Assembly (NCBI GenBank): GCA_050298055.1
Contig: JBNKTL010000020.1
Coordinates: 2,028-66,027 of the forward strand
DNA: 64,000 nt
Direction of reading: 5' to 3'
Source of the DNA: Spirochaetota bacterium
GTDB taxonomy: Bacteria; Spirochaetota; UBA4802; UBA5550
Shown here: positions 39,061 to 49,590 of the stretch, piece after piece
Position numbering within the stretch: the stretch's first letter is position 1
Layout: the number at the start of each line of letters is the position of its first letter
Translations under genes and position numbers: made by a program
The notes under the pieces: generated by a model
Database searches by the model: none
What the model saw: only the letters and a program-made list of their open reading frames with translations
Told to the model about the DNA's origin: nothing

Positions 39061-39559
39061 ACGTATCATTTCTCTTCTTTTCCTGTTCTTCCTGATATTC
39101 AGCAGTGCTCTCTATTCCCTGGAGAATTCCACGGCACTCTATAAAAAGGGGGCCGCCCTTGCCGCGGAGGGAAAGATCTCAGAGGCCGTGGAAGTCTTTA
39201 AAAAAGTCATTGTGACAAACCGGTACTACGCTCTCGGGCATTACGGGCTGGGGAAAGCGTATCTCTATCTTCCGGGTAAACTTGATGAATCGATTATCCA
39301 CCTTCGACAGTCGGTCCAGCTGGACCGAAGACTTTCAAAGGGGCACTTCTACCTGGGGATGGCTTACCTCTTCGCCAATAAACTGCCCCGGGCGGCAGGT
39401 TCATTCCATACGGCATACAGGCTTGATGATTCCCTGGTTGAAGCACTCTACAATCTTGGTGTTGTCTATGACAGGATGAAAAATAAATACAAGTCGGAAT
39501 TTTACTACAGGCTGTATCTCAAGAGGAAATACAAAAAGGGAGAGGAGAGGATCTTCTGA
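39050..39559 (+). CDS. TPR-repeat protein with signal peptide
   Basis: TPR-like repeats are present (YYALGHYGLGKAY..., GHFYLGMAYLFANK..., ALYNLGVVY). Confidence 0.6.
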   Translation: MLNERIISLLFLFFLIFSSALYSLENSTALYKKGAALAAEGKISEAVEVFKKVIVTNRYYALGHYGLGKAYLYLPGKLDESIIHLRQSVQLDRRLSKGHFYLGMAYLFANKLPRAAGSFHTAYRLDDSLVEALYNLGVVYDRMKNKYKSEFYYRLYLKRKYKKGEERIF

Positions 39560-39850
39560 GAGTCCTAACCGGATTTTTCTGTCTGCCTTCTGACCATGTC
39601 CCCCACCCGGGGTCCGTAAATGTCCCTGATTGCCCTGAGACACCTTCTGCGTTCGGCACCCTTTACTCCGTGGATATAACCGGAAAGACAGAGTCCTGCT
39701 ATTTTTTCTTCAAATTTCATTTTAAACTCCATAGTAACCTATCGGCGCAGGTTGAAGGAAAATTGATCTCTCACAAGGAAAATCAAAATTTGAAGATCCT
39801 GTTTTTGTCTTGTAAAAATAGCGTCTCTTTTCACTATTAATTCCCACGCT

Positions 39851-39940
39851 CTTGCCCCCCTAACCCCCTGAGGGGGCACAAGAGTTCAGGAAAAGAATCT
39901 TTCGCCCCCTCAGGGGGATGGGGGGCTCAGGGGGATGGGG
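39851..39940. repeat. Family-2 hairpin-pair repeat (ccccc-TGA-ggggg and ccccc-TCA-ggggg), upstream of the response regulator gene
   Basis: An inverted copy of 34511-34590. It contains two 13-nt C5-N3-G5 hairpins about 40 nt apart and a third partial GGGGGATGGGG motif. Confidence 0.65.
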
Positions 39941-39954
39941 AAAAATAAAGTACT

Positions 39955-40644
39955 ATGTTAAACACAACGAAAAAACAGATACTTATCATTGAGGATGAAC
40001 CGGGAATTGCCGATACCATCACCTATTCCCTTGAAACGGAGGGTTTCATCACACAGAGGGTCGCTACCGGCCTGGAGGGCCTCAAGGCCCTGAAGGAGGG
40101 AGATCCGTCACTTATTGTTCTTGATGTGGGTTTGCCCGATATTAATGGTTTTGACCTGGTCAAGAAGATCAGGGAGATATCGGATCTTCCCGTTGTTTTT
40201 TTGACTGCCCGGGGAGAGGAGATAGACAGGATCCTCGGGTTTGAGCTGGGGGGGGACGATTATATCGTAAAGCCGTTCAGCCCCCGGGAGCTTACAGTGA
40301 GAATAAAGGCCATTTTAAGAAGGGCGGATACGGAGAACAGGGGTGAGGACGAAAAGGTCTTCAGTATCGATTATAACAGGAGGACAATTAAATATTTCGG
40401 TCAACAGGTGGTCCTGACCCGGTATGAATATGAACTTCTGGTGCTCCTCATATCAAGGCCCGGCTGGGTCTTCAGCAGGGAAAAGATCATGGAGATGGTC
40501 TGGGAGGACCCTGAAGAGAGCTTTGACAGAACAGTTGATACGCATATCAAGTCAATCAGGGGAAAGCTCCGGGAGATAAAAGACGATTATGAACCCATCG
40601 TCACACACAGGGGCGTGGGTTATTCCGTGAGGGAGGACATATGA
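39955..40644 (+). CDS. OmpR-family response regulator (CreB-like)
   Basis: It has a receiver domain (LIIEDEPGIADTI...LDVGLPDINGF) and a winged-helix output domain. Confidence 0.85.
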   Translation: MLNTTKKQILIIEDEPGIADTITYSLETEGFITQRVATGLEGLKALKEGDPSLIVLDVGLPDINGFDLVKKIREISDLPVVFLTARGEEIDRILGFELGGDDYIVKPFSPRELTVRIKAILRRADTENRGEDEKVFSIDYNRRTIKYFGQQVVLTRYEYELLVLLISRPGWVFSREKIMEMVWEDPEESFDRTVDTHIKSIRGKLREIKDDYEPIVTHRGVGYSVREDI

Positions 40645-42077
40645 GGATACGGACGAGGATAATTCTCGGTTACGCGATTTTATTTTCCCTCGGTTTTTAT
40701 TTTATCGGTGATTTTATGGTCCGTGAAATCAGGCCCCGTTATCTCGAGGCGGTAGAGGAATCGCTGAATGATACGGTGAATATACTGGCGTCTCTCATTG
40801 AGTCCGAACTGCTGGGGGAGCATATGGACCTGGTTCTCCTCAGAAGGACTTTTTCCTCGGCCTTTAAAAGAAAATTCGATGCCAGGATCTACGGATTCAG
40901 GAAAACCGGCGTGGAATTAAATGTCTATGTGACTGACGGGAAGGGAATTGTGGTCTATGATTCCAACGGCGGCCTTAACCGGGGGAAGGACTTTTCTGAC
41001 TGGAATGACGTCCATCGCACCCTGAAGGGGAAATACGGCGCCAGGTCAACCAGGAGGAACAAAGACGATCCCTCTTCCAGCCTTCTCCATGTTGCCGCGC
41101 CAATCAGGAGCGGGGGGAAGATCATCGGATCGGTTACCGTGGTCAAGCCCCTTGACAGCGTGACCGTGTTTATTCAGCTTGCCCGGAGCAGGATATTTTT
41201 GACCGGTTTTATTGCAGTGGCTGCATTCCTTGTACTGAGCGTTATCATATCGGTATGGATAAGCAGGCCCGTGATGAAACTGACGGATTACATAAATTCT
41301 CTCAGGGAGAAAAAGCACCCGGTCTTTCCGGACTTAAGCGGCAGGGAGATAAGGGACCTGGGAAAAGCATTCCGGGAACTCCTGGAAGAACTGGAGGGGA
41401 AAAAATATATTGAAGACTATATCCAGAGCCTGACACATGAGCTTAAAAGCCCCCTCTCCTCCATCCGGGGTGCTGCTGAACTCCTCATGGAGGACAACAT
41501 GGAGAAGGTCCATGCTGACAGGTTCTGCGGCAATATCCTTACGGAGAGCAGGAGGATTGACACAATTATTGAGAAGATGCTCCTTATTTCGTCACTTGAA
41601 AGGAGGGACAGGCTGGAGAATATTGAGGACATGGATCTTCACGTTCTTGTTGAAGAAGTCCTGGAGAGCCTCTCCCCGCAGATTGCCCTTAAGAATATCC
41701 GGATTGAAAACAGGACAGAAAAAAAGATTATTCTGCAGGGTGAGAAATTCCTGCTCCGTCACGCGGTTGCCAACCTCATCCAGAACGGGATAAACTTCAG
41801 CGGGGAGAATGAGAGGATAATCATCTCTTCGGAGTTTGACGGTGGAAACCTGCTCATTAAAATATCCGACAATGGCTGCGGTATCCCGGAATACGCGGAG
41901 GAGAAGATCTTCCGCAGGTTTTATTCCCTTCCCCGGGGAGAATCGGGGAGGAGGGGAACGGGCCTGGGGCTGACCTTTGTCCTGGAGGCAGTCAAGCTTC
42001 ACGGAGGGAGCGTATCAGTCAAAAACAACAGCAAAGGGGGCGTCACCTCCACACTTACACTCCCTGCAAAGAATTAA
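40641..42077 (+). CDS. Sensor histidine kinase (CreC-like)
   Basis: It has two transmembrane segments, a periplasmic domain, an H-box (LTHELKSPLSSIRGAAELL) and a HATPase_c domain (GTGLGLTFV). Confidence 0.8.
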   Translation: MRIRTRIILGYAILFSLGFYFIGDFMVREIRPRYLEAVEESLNDTVNILASLIESELLGEHMDLVLLRRTFSSAFKRKFDARIYGFRKTGVELNVYVTDGKGIVVYDSNGGLNRGKDFSDWNDVHRTLKGKYGARSTRRNKDDPSSSLLHVAAPIRSGGKIIGSVTVVKPLDSVTVFIQLARSRIFLTGFIAVAAFLVLSVIISVWISRPVMKLTDYINSLREKKHPVFPDLSGREIRDLGKAFRELLEELEGKKYIEDYIQSLTHELKSPLSSIRGAAELLMEDNMEKVHADRFCGNILTESRRIDTIIEKMLLISSLERRDRLENIEDMDLHVLVEEVLESLSPQIALKNIRIENRTEKKIILQGEKFLLRHAVANLIQNGINFSGENERIIISSEFDGGNLLIKISDNGCGIPEYAEEKIFRRFYSLPRGESGRRGTGLGLTFVLEAVKLHGGSVSVKNNSKGGVTSTLTLPAKN

Positions 42078-42214
42078 TAATATGGCTGAAGAGGAAAAAA
42101 TTCAAAATTTTCCCATTAAGCTATAAAAAAATCTCCACTTCACACAGACTTCACAATCAGTTCACAGGGTGCTTTTACAATAATATTAAAAGTAATCGCT
42201 AAAGGAGTGTTCTT

Positions 42215-43558
42215 ATGAATTTTGAAAAAATGAAGAATTCAACCATGCTGAAACTGGGAATAACCGGTTTTATGACCCTTCTTTTTCTCATTCCCCTGGG
42301 GATGATATCCGACCAGGTCAGGGAGAGGACGGTGAGAAGGGACACCGCGGTCAACGAGGTGAGCGCAAAGTGGGGGTACAGTCAGAAAGTTATCGGCCCC
42401 GTACTGGCCATTCCTTATAATCACTACTACCTTGACCAGAAAAATGTGGTCAGGAAGAAACGCAGGCTGGCATATTTTCTTCCCGAACAGCTGAAAATAA
42501 ACGGCAGGGTTGAAACGGAGAAGAGGGCCCGGGGGATTTTCGAGGTTGTCCTCTACAGGGTGGACAACCTTGACCTGTCGGGAAAGTTCAGGTTTCCCGA
42601 TTTTAAAAAACTGAAGATCGAAGAAGAGAATGTGTTCTGGAACGATGCCTTTCTCTCCGTTGGGATATCCGATACCCGGGGAATAAAAAAGAATGTTCTC
42701 CTCAAGATGAACGGAAAGAAGTATAACTTTGAACCGGGTGTGAACAATGTGGGCATATTCGGATCGGGGATTCATGTTCCCCTGAAAAGGATCAGAAATA
42801 TGAGGGGAAGGGATATCGATTTCGGGTTTTCGGTAAATATCCAGGGAAGCTCATCCCTGAGTTTTGCCCCCTTCGGGAAGGAGACCCATGTTTACCTCCA
42901 TTCCCCCTGGGAGCATCCCAGTTTTTTCGGGTCCTACCTGCCTGTGAACAGGGAGATATCAGAGGAGGGATTTAATGCCAGCTGGAAGGTCTCCTATTTC
43001 GGACGGAACTTCCCCCAGGAGTGGACAGAGGAGAATAACCCGCAGAGCTCTGATATAGACAACGTTATGTTCGGTGTGAGTCTCTATATGCCGGTTGATT
43101 TTTACCAGAAGTGTCAGAGGGCAGTCAAATACAGTTTCCTGGTCATATCCCTCACCTTCCTGGTTTTTTTCCTCTTCGAGGTACTGAACGGTTTGAGTAT
43201 CCACCCCATACAATACCTCATGGTGGGATTTGCCCTCTCGATTTTTTATATGCTTTTTCTCTCCATATCGGAGCACCTCAATTTTGTTCTTTCATACATA
43301 ATATCAGCTGCCGCGACAATCGGGCTGATATCCGCTTACAGCATTAAGGTCTTAAAGGCAAAGGGAAGAACATCCGTATTGTCCGGACTCCTGGTCTGTC
43401 TCTACGGTTATCTCTTTGTTCTGCTGCAGAACCAGGACTACGCTCTGCTCATCGGTTCCCTGGGACTCTTCCTGATACTTGCTACGATCATGTATATTAC
43501 ACGGAACATCGACTGGTATAATATCAAGCTCAACAGGCGCTTTGTCCGGGAGAGTTGA
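42215..43558 (+). CDS. creD: Cell envelope integrity inner-membrane protein CreD
   Basis: CreD-family topology and motifs are present (GMISDQVRERTVRRDTAVNEVSAKWGYSQKVIGPVLAIPY), with C-terminal multi-transmembrane segments. Confidence 0.7.
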   Translation: MNFEKMKNSTMLKLGITGFMTLLFLIPLGMISDQVRERTVRRDTAVNEVSAKWGYSQKVIGPVLAIPYNHYYLDQKNVVRKKRRLAYFLPEQLKINGRVETEKRARGIFEVVLYRVDNLDLSGKFRFPDFKKLKIEEENVFWNDAFLSVGISDTRGIKKNVLLKMNGKKYNFEPGVNNVGIFGSGIHVPLKRIRNMRGRDIDFGFSVNIQGSSSLSFAPFGKETHVYLHSPWEHPSFFGSYLPVNREISEEGFNASWKVSYFGRNFPQEWTEENNPQSSDIDNVMFGVSLYMPVDFYQKCQRAVKYSFLVISLTFLVFFLFEVLNGLSIHPIQYLMVGFALSIFYMLFLSISEHLNFVLSYIISAAATIGLISAYSIKVLKAKGRTSVLSGLLVCLYGYLFVLLQNQDYALLIGSLGLFLILATIMYITRNIDWYNIKLNRRFVRES

Positions 43559-43625
43559 TTGTAAAGCAAAATGAGTTCCTTTTCCAGTTTATAAAATAGG
43601 GGATAGGGAGATAAAGAGGGGATAT

Positions 43626-43670
43626 GGGGATAAGTTATTATTAAAACTTATCCCATCTCCTTTATCCCCA
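43626..43670 (+). terminator. Candidate terminator or imperfect hairpin after creD
   Basis: ggggataagtt / aacttatccc stem with a 9-nt loop, followed by a T-rich run. It is embedded in GGGGATA direct repeats. Confidence 0.35.
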
Positions 43671-43802
43671 TTTTACTCGGGCATGAATTAAATTCCGGGA
43701 AATTATGGTATTAATGCACTTTTAGTAAAAAGTTTTAATTAATCTCACTCCTCAATCGTATTAATATTTGGAAAGAATAACTCTCTTTCTGAATTATACA
43801 TT

Positions 43803-44264
43803 GTGAGGATGGATAATATGAGAACGACTATTAATGCAGACACATTACTGGTCTTAAGGCTGAGAGAAGCCATGGCTGAAGTTGGTTTGCCAAAGGATGA
43901 ACTGATCAAACTTTTAATAATACGGACCATTAAGAAAAACAGCTTTATTCCTCAACCCTGTAAAACAGTGAAGTACCAGGATGGCGGACCGGAGAGAGTT
44001 TGGAAAATTGAACATATCAACCTGGAGTCTTTATTCTATGAGAAGGTCCTTGATTTGAGGAGACATTTTAAGTTTTCCGTTTCGTGGTTTGTTGCTTTTG
44101 CTATTATTAATTATCTTGATGAACTGGTAAACGATTTAATTAATTCAGGAAATAGTGCAAAAAGTATGGATAACTATACTGGAAATTATGTTTATATCTC
44201 TGAAATAATAGGTAATATGCTCGTATTTATCACAATGATTAAAACACAAAACAAAAAAACCTGA
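43803..44264 (+). CDS. Hypothetical protein
   Basis: A 153-aa ORF with no recognisable domain. Confidence 0.35.
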   Translation: MRMDNMRTTINADTLLVLRLREAMAEVGLPKDELIKLLIIRTIKKNSFIPQPCKTVKYQDGGPERVWKIEHINLESLFYEKVLDLRRHFKFSVSWFVAFAIINYLDELVNDLINSGNSAKSMDNYTGNYVYISEIIGNMLVFITMIKTQNKKT

Positions 44265-44476
44265 AAAAACCGGTATATCCAAATAAGTACGAAATTTTTA
44301 CTAAAACCAGGCATCCGGTTTCTGTCCCGGATTTTCAATCACGCCCTTATACTCTTACTTTCTCTCTTTTAATTTCTCATTTACACATAAGGTTATAAAA
44401 AATAGAGTGTCTCATTCGAGGCAATTATTCAATTTTATTTTCTCAAATTAATTATTTTGAAAATGGCAATAAAACC

Positions 44477-45985
44477 GTGACAGACTTTCCGGAAAAACAT
44501 CCATCAAAAACCCTCATGGTACAGGGGACCACTTCGGACGCGGGGAAGAGTACCCTTGTTGCGGGGCTCTGCCGGGTCTTTAAGCGCCGCAATATAAAGG
44601 TCGCCCCTTTTAAGCCGCAGAATATGGCCCTGAACAGCGCGGTGACCCTGGACGGAGGGGAGATCGGCCGGGCGCAGGCGGTACAGGCACAGGCCTGCGG
44701 GCTGGAACCTCATACGGACATGAACCCCGTGCTTCTGAAACCGAATACCGATACCGGCGCCCAAGTGATTATTCAGGGCAGGGCGCTGAAGGATATGGAT
44801 GCCCGGAGTTACCATAACTACAAAGCGGTTGCCCGGGAAGCGGTGCTGGAATCCCACGGCCGCCTGGCAGAACGGTATGAAAAAATTATCGTTGAAGGTG
44901 CGGGGAGCCCCGCGGAGATCAACCTTCGTGAGGGTGATATCGCCAACATGGGATTTGCCGAGGCCGTGGATTGCCCGGTGATCCTCATTGCCGATATCGA
45001 CCGCGGGGGCGTCTTCGCGCACCTTGTGGGTACCCTTGATCTTTTAAGCCGGCCGGAACAAAACCGTATCAAGGGCTTTGTCATCAACCGCTTTCGGGGT
45101 GATATCACTCTGCTGCAGCCCGGACTTGACTGGCTGGAGAAAAAAACCGGGAAACCGGTCCTGGGTGTGTTGCCCTATCTCCACGGCCTGCACATAGAAG
45201 CGGAAGATGCCCTGGTTGAAACTCCCGCAAAGGCGGAAACAGGTGCCGGAATAAAAATTATTGTTCCGGCGCTGCCCCGCATCAGCAATCACACCGATTT
45301 TGATCCGCTTCGCCTGCATCCGCAGGTTGATTTTGAATTTATCGGCCCGGCCCGGACCATCCCTCCCGCCGACCTGATTATCCTGCCGGGGAGTAAGTCA
45401 GTGCGGAGTGACCTGCAGTTTCTCCGTGAGCAGGGATGGGAGCAGGTCATCGGGAAACATCTTCGTTACGGAGGAAAGCTGCTGGGTATCTGCGGCGGAT
45501 TTCAGATGCTGGGCAAAAAAATTCACGACCCGGAGGGCCTCGAGGGCCCCGGGGGAAGCTGTGACGGCCTGGGGTTCCTTGATCTTGAAACCACCCTGGA
45601 ACCGGAAAAGCAGCTGCATGGTGTCAGGGGTGAAATAATTTTTCACTGGGGAACTCAGGGAGTAACCGGCTATGAAATTCACTGCGGGATTTCCCGGGGC
45701 AGGGCAATGGAACGGCCCTTTGCAAAGATCAGGGATACCCATGACCGGGAAAAATTTGACGGCGCTGTTTCGGAAGACGGGCAGATCATCGGGACCTATC
45801 TCCATGGTGTTTTTAATGAAAAGTCAGCGCAGGAGATCCTTTTGCCCTGGGCAGGACTGGAGCCGGGTTCGGGACAAAGAGGAATCGAGCTCCTGGATTA
45901 CCGGGAAATATGCGAAGAGGGGATCAACCGCCTGGCCGATGCCTGTGAAGAGCACCTTGATATGGAGAAAATATTTTCTCTATAA
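44477..45985 (+). CDS. cobQ: Cobyric acid synthase CobQ/CbiP
   Basis: It has a DRTGT-like ATPase N-domain ([11 protein letters not shown]) and a glutamine amidotransferase C-domain ([10 protein letters not shown]). Confidence 0.9.
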   Translation: MTDFPEKHPSKTLMVQGTTSDAGKSTLVAGLCRVFKRRNIKVAPFKPQNMALNSAVTLDGGEIGRAQAVQAQACGLEPHTDMNPVLLKPNTDTGAQVIIQGRALKDMDARSYHNYKAVAREAVLESHGRLAERYEKIIVEGAGSPAEINLREGDIANMGFAEAVDCPVILIADIDRGGVFAHLVGTLDLLSRPEQNRIKGFVINRFRGDITLLQPGLDWLEKKTGKPVLGVLPYLHGLHIEAEDALVETPAKAETGAGIKIIVPALPRISNHTDFDPLRLHPQVDFEFIGPARTIPPADLIILPGSKSVRSDLQFLREQGWEQVIGKHLRYGGKLLGICGGFQMLGKKIHDPEGLEGPGGSCDGLGFLDLETTLEPEKQLHGVRGEIIFHWGTQGVTGYEIHCGISRGRAMERPFAKIRDTHDREKFDGAVSEDGQIIGTYLHGVFNEKSAQEILLPWAGLEPGSGQRGIELLDYREICEEGINRLADACEEHLDMEKIFSL

Positions 45986-46040
45986 TTTAACTCTTTATTC
46001 CTTAAATTTTTTAGTCTGCAACAAATCTTTTTTTTCCTGT

Positions 46041-47057
46041 TCAAAAACGGGACAGGAAAAAAAACAGCGCGAAGAGTGCCATTACCAGAAAAGATGCTCT
46101 TCCGGCGGTGCGGATGATCCGGACAGCTTTTTCCAGATGAGCCCTGCGGGGAATTTCGATGCCGCTGCCTATCCAGCCTTTGTCAACAACACTGTCTCCG
46201 TAGACAATGGGTCCCGCAAGGGGAATATTCAATGCCCCGGCCATAAAGCTTTCCGGATATCCGGAATTGGGAGAGGGGGTGCTGTTCCCATAGCGAAAAA
46301 AATCAGATATTGCCCTTTTGAGATTGCCCTTATGTGTCGCAACCCCCGCTGCCAGGGGAAAAAGCGAAAGCCGGGCGGGGAGGTAATTTAAAATGTCATC
46401 CAGTCGCGCCGACGCCCATCCGAAATACCGGTACCTGTCATTCTTATATCCCACCATGGCATCCAGTGTATTTACGGTCCGAAAGAAGACCGCCCAGATC
46501 AAAACAGGGACCAGGGGGTGGTAACCTGAAAAAAGGGACACCGCAAGGATTATCATTGTGCCGGATAAAAGAGTGAAGGAGCCGTCTACATAATTTTCCG
46601 CAACGCTTTCAATTGCCGCCCTGATTATCCCCGGTTCATCCAGGACCTCGGTATTTCTTCCCACCATGTAAGAAACCCGTTGCCGGGCCGCAGCGAGGGA
46701 ATTTTTTTCCAGGGCAGTGAAAACCTTTTCAGCGTGGAGAAGCAGGTCTTTCTGAGCGTACATTGAGAAAAAAACATAGATGCCGAAAAGCCAGGTCAGG
46801 GGCCTCCAGAGGAAGAACAGTCCCCGGTATGTGAGAGAGAGGAGTGTCAGGGGAAGAGTGCAGCAGAGCAGCAGGTAGAAAACACCCAGGAGCCGTTCAG
46901 CCGTAACATTCTGAAAGTGGTGCCCCTTTCGGATTATTTCTTCTATTCTCCGAAAGAGGGTCCCCATCAAACGGACCGGATGAAACCTGTATACCGGGTC
47001 GCCGGTGAGTTCATCGAGAAACATTGCAAGAAAAAGAACAATAAATGTTTCACTCAT
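46041..47057 (-). CDS. cbiB: Adenosylcobinamide-phosphate synthase CbiB/CobD
   Basis: It has CobD/CbiB-family membrane protein motifs. Confidence 0.85.
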   Translation of the reverse strand: MSETFIVLFLAMFLDELTGDPVYRFHPVRLMGTLFRRIEEIIRKGHHFQNVTAERLLGVFYLLLCCTLPLTLLSLTYRGLFFLWRPLTWLFGIYVFFSMYAQKDLLLHAEKVFTALEKNSLAAARQRVSYMVGRNTEVLDEPGIIRAAIESVAENYVDGSFTLLSGTMIILAVSLFSGYHPLVPVLIWAVFFRTVNTLDAMVGYKNDRYRYFGWASARLDDILNYLPARLSLFPLAAGVATHKGNLKRAISDFFRYGNSTPSPNSGYPESFMAGALNIPLAGPIVYGDSVVDKGWIGSGIEIPRRAHLEKAVRIIRTAGRASFLVMALFALFFFLSRF

Positions 47058-48142
47058 GATGCGGTGATCCGTTGGAAGGCATGGAGGAGCAGGTCATTTT
47101 CTTCCGGACGGGACAGAGCAAAGCGAAAGGCCTCTGACCGGATACCGGTAAAGTTTCTGCAGTCACGGATAAAAAGGTCCCGCTGAAGCAGAGATTTCAG
47201 GAGATCATCCAGATCAGCTGTTTTTTCCCACTCTCCGAATGCGAAATTGGCGGCCCCGAACCGGACGGAAATCCCGCTCAGTTTTTTATATTCCCTGTTC
47301 AGCCGGTCTTTCTCCCGGGAAAGCTCTTCCCGGGTCTCTTTTTCATACTCAGTGCATTGTAAAAGAAGCGGGGCCATCCTTTCCGCAATCGAGTTCACCA
47401 TCCAGGGGGGAGACTTGGCAGACAGTTTCCGGACCAGGTCCGGATTTGAAATTACAGCTCCGAGGCGGATGCCGGGGAGAGAATAAAATTTTGTCAGCGA
47501 ATGAAATATGATGATATTGGGTTCATGAACAGAGTCTTTAAGGAGTGAAGATCTCTCACTCCCTTCTGTAAATTGCATAAACGCTTCATCCACAAGCAGC
47601 CACTTATTTCGGTTGGAGCGGGCAAATTGCAGTAACGGTCCCCCGGGGAAAAGATCTCCCGTGGGGTTATTGGGATTTCCGAGAAAGAGTATATCAGCAT
47701 CTGTAACGTGGCGGGATAGTTCCTCAGTTGAGAGTTTCCCGTCCCGCAGCGCCTGTTGGATGGGGATAAATTCTATGGATGAATTATTGACTTTCAAGGC
47801 ATTTTGATAATGAAAAAATGCCGGGGAGAGGACCGCTGCCTTCGCGGGTTGCAGGTAATCTGCTACCCGGTAGATCAGTTCCGCGGAACCGTTTCCCGGT
47901 AAAATGGACTCAGGAGGAATTTCATACCTGCTTGAATAGTAATCTCTCAGGGGGGCCCCTTCCACTGACGGGTATATCATGGCAGACCGGAGCATTTCGG
48001 GCCACTCTTCCCGGATGACCCGGGGCGGTCCCTTCCAGTTGAGGTTTACGCTGAAGTCTGTAAGGGGCCGTTGGGGAATTCCCAGGCGTCGGAACAAGCT
48101 CTCCGGTTCTCCCCCGTGCTCATAGCGGTGATAGGTGCTCAT
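47054..48142 (-). CDS. cobD: L-threonine-O-3-phosphate decarboxylase (CobD, class I/II aminotransferase fold)
   Basis: It has a PLP aminotransferase fold (NPNNPTG, SLTKFYSLPGIRLG). It overlaps cbiB by 4 nt. Confidence 0.75.
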   Translation of the reverse strand: MSTYHRYEHGGEPESLFRRLGIPQRPLTDFSVNLNWKGPPRVIREEWPEMLRSAMIYPSVEGAPLRDYYSSRYEIPPESILPGNGSAELIYRVADYLQPAKAAVLSPAFFHYQNALKVNNSSIEFIPIQQALRDGKLSTEELSRHVTDADILFLGNPNNPTGDLFPGGPLLQFARSNRNKWLLVDEAFMQFTEGSERSSLLKDSVHEPNIIIFHSLTKFYSLPGIRLGAVISNPDLVRKLSAKSPPWMVNSIAERMAPLLLQCTEYEKETREELSREKDRLNREYKKLSGISVRFGAANFAFGEWEKTADLDDLLKSLLQRDLFIRDCRNFTGIRSEAFRFALSRPEENDLLLHAFQRITAS

Positions 48143-48167
48143 TGCCGTACCCGTCTGTTTCTCATTT

Positions 48168-49025
48168 TCAGATTGAACACGAATATCTTATAAACCTGTT
48201 ATACGCCACTGTGAGGGCAACCACAAAAAGAGAGGCACCGGCGCCAATGGCAATGTTAAAGTAATGAGGAGCAATAAGGGCAAGCCGAATAGTCACCGTG
48301 GCAAGCGCGAAACCTGAATTCCTGAAGACAACATGGTACGTATGACTGAAACTGAGAGAGATAAGAACAATAAGTATATCCGCAAAAATTAAAATAGTGT
48401 AAAATGTCTCAAAGAACTTAAAAAATCGCCCTGTCTGCAGATATTCAACTATATTAAACAGGCCGATTATCGTGTAGATCCCCAGGAGAGAAAGTGACAA
48501 TGTCTTTTTGACTGATATAAAGCTTTCCTTTTGATCTTCGTCTATTACAGGATGGTGACAGATTATTTTATAATAAACAACAAGTGCGGCAAATACAAAA
48601 AGGGCCCCCACGGCGCCTGATAATATGGGCAATACCGATCTTGATATCTCCTCCCACTCCAGTGGTCCCGAAAAAAATGTAAACTCTTTGAATGACTGCC
48701 TGAGCAGTATAAGTGAAAAAATCTCCAGCTGCTTGCCCATGGCTTCCGAAACGGAACGGGTTATACCGAAAACAAGGTCAACCACTTCAACAAGAAGGAG
48801 AAGAGAAAAGGCGATATGTATGGCATAAAACCGGTTATCGGGAATGTATGATTCTAACGGCAATGGCAGTAAATTCCTGATATTAAGTTCAATGACCGCA
48901 AGGGAGAGGAGGTAGGAGAGAACGAGTACCATCCCTGTTGATTTTTTCCTGATACCGCCTTCCCAGGTTTCTTCCACCCTGTCATAGAATTTACAAATTG
49001 CTGTTAATATCCTGTTCACTTTCAT
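48168..49025 (-). CDS. Hypothetical polytopic membrane protein (first gene of the minus-strand cob operon)
   Basis: It has 6-7 hydrophobic helices and no recognisable domain. Confidence 0.45.
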   Translation of the reverse strand: MKVNRILTAICKFYDRVEETWEGGIRKKSTGMVLVLSYLLSLAVIELNIRNLLPLPLESYIPDNRFYAIHIAFSLLLLVEVVDLVFGITRSVSEAMGKQLEIFSLILLRQSFKEFTFFSGPLEWEEISRSVLPILSGAVGALFVFAALVVYYKIICHHPVIDEDQKESFISVKKTLSLSLLGIYTIIGLFNIVEYLQTGRFFKFFETFYTILIFADILIVLISLSFSHTYHVVFRNSGFALATVTIRLALIAPHYFNIAIGAGASLFVVALTVAYNRFIRYSCSI

Positions 49026-49176
49026 TATTCAATATAAGAGGTTAATAATTAACGGCTACTCTTTATCAATTTTTGTTCCCTGTCAAACATTTATGGGTTT
49101 CTAAAATTAAATTTACAGCTACGTTACTACCCAAGCTTTGTATAAAATAGATATATTAGTGAATAAACGATAAGTA

Positions 49177-49272
49177 ATGTGTCTCCGCCGTTGACCGCGG
49201 CGGGGATACATGGATGTTATCCTATTAAATATGTTTCGCCATACGGCTAAGTCGTTTCGTAACTACTCAGCT
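49177..49272. repeat. Family-1 palindromic repeat element, copy C (degenerate stem; downstream motif present in inverted form GTAACTACTCAGCT)
   Basis: The hairpin at 49177-49213 has 2 mismatches. The conserved motif appears reverse-complemented at 49259-49272. Confidence 0.55.
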
Positions 49273-49505
49273 GAATGCAGAGTGACAATAAGGATATCCT
49301 GAAAATAATTTATGGAGGTTCTCTTAATATTATTGACAATATTTCAGAAGATCTTTCGTTATTGTTTTTTTGTCTCTGAATTGTTTTTTATGTGACAAAT
49401 AATGTATAATTATATATTATTGTTTTATATAAAAAAAGATAACTAATTAGATATTAAATAATTAAATATATGATCAAAATAACCTTTTTCTAAAAGATTA
49501 ATAAT

Positions 49506-49590
49506 ATGTCCCCGCCGCCGAAGGCGGCGGGGACATAAAAATTATGTTTTTCCATGGATATAATTATTCTAAGCATGTGTAGTTACGCAA
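49506..49590 (+). repeat. Family-1 palindromic repeat element, copy D (14-bp perfect stem, loop GAA; degenerate 3' motif GTGTAGTTAC)
   Basis: The hairpin at 49506-49536 has a stem sequence identical to copy A. Confidence 0.65.

Noticed and set aside
43601-43625. GGGGATA direct repeats (gggatagggagataaagaggggatatggggataag) as a possible mini-array
   Set aside because: There are only 3-4 short degenerate units adjacent to a hairpin. More likely this is part of a terminator or low-complexity spacer than a functional repeat array.
44265-44476. Possible cobalamin riboswitch upstream of cobQ and upstream of the minus-strand cob operon (49026-49200)
   Set aside because: I could not find the conserved B12-box (GCCACTG-like core) or the characteristic GC-rich helices on either strand. 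The regions are AT-rich. Left as not detected rather than absent; an Rfam scan would be needed.
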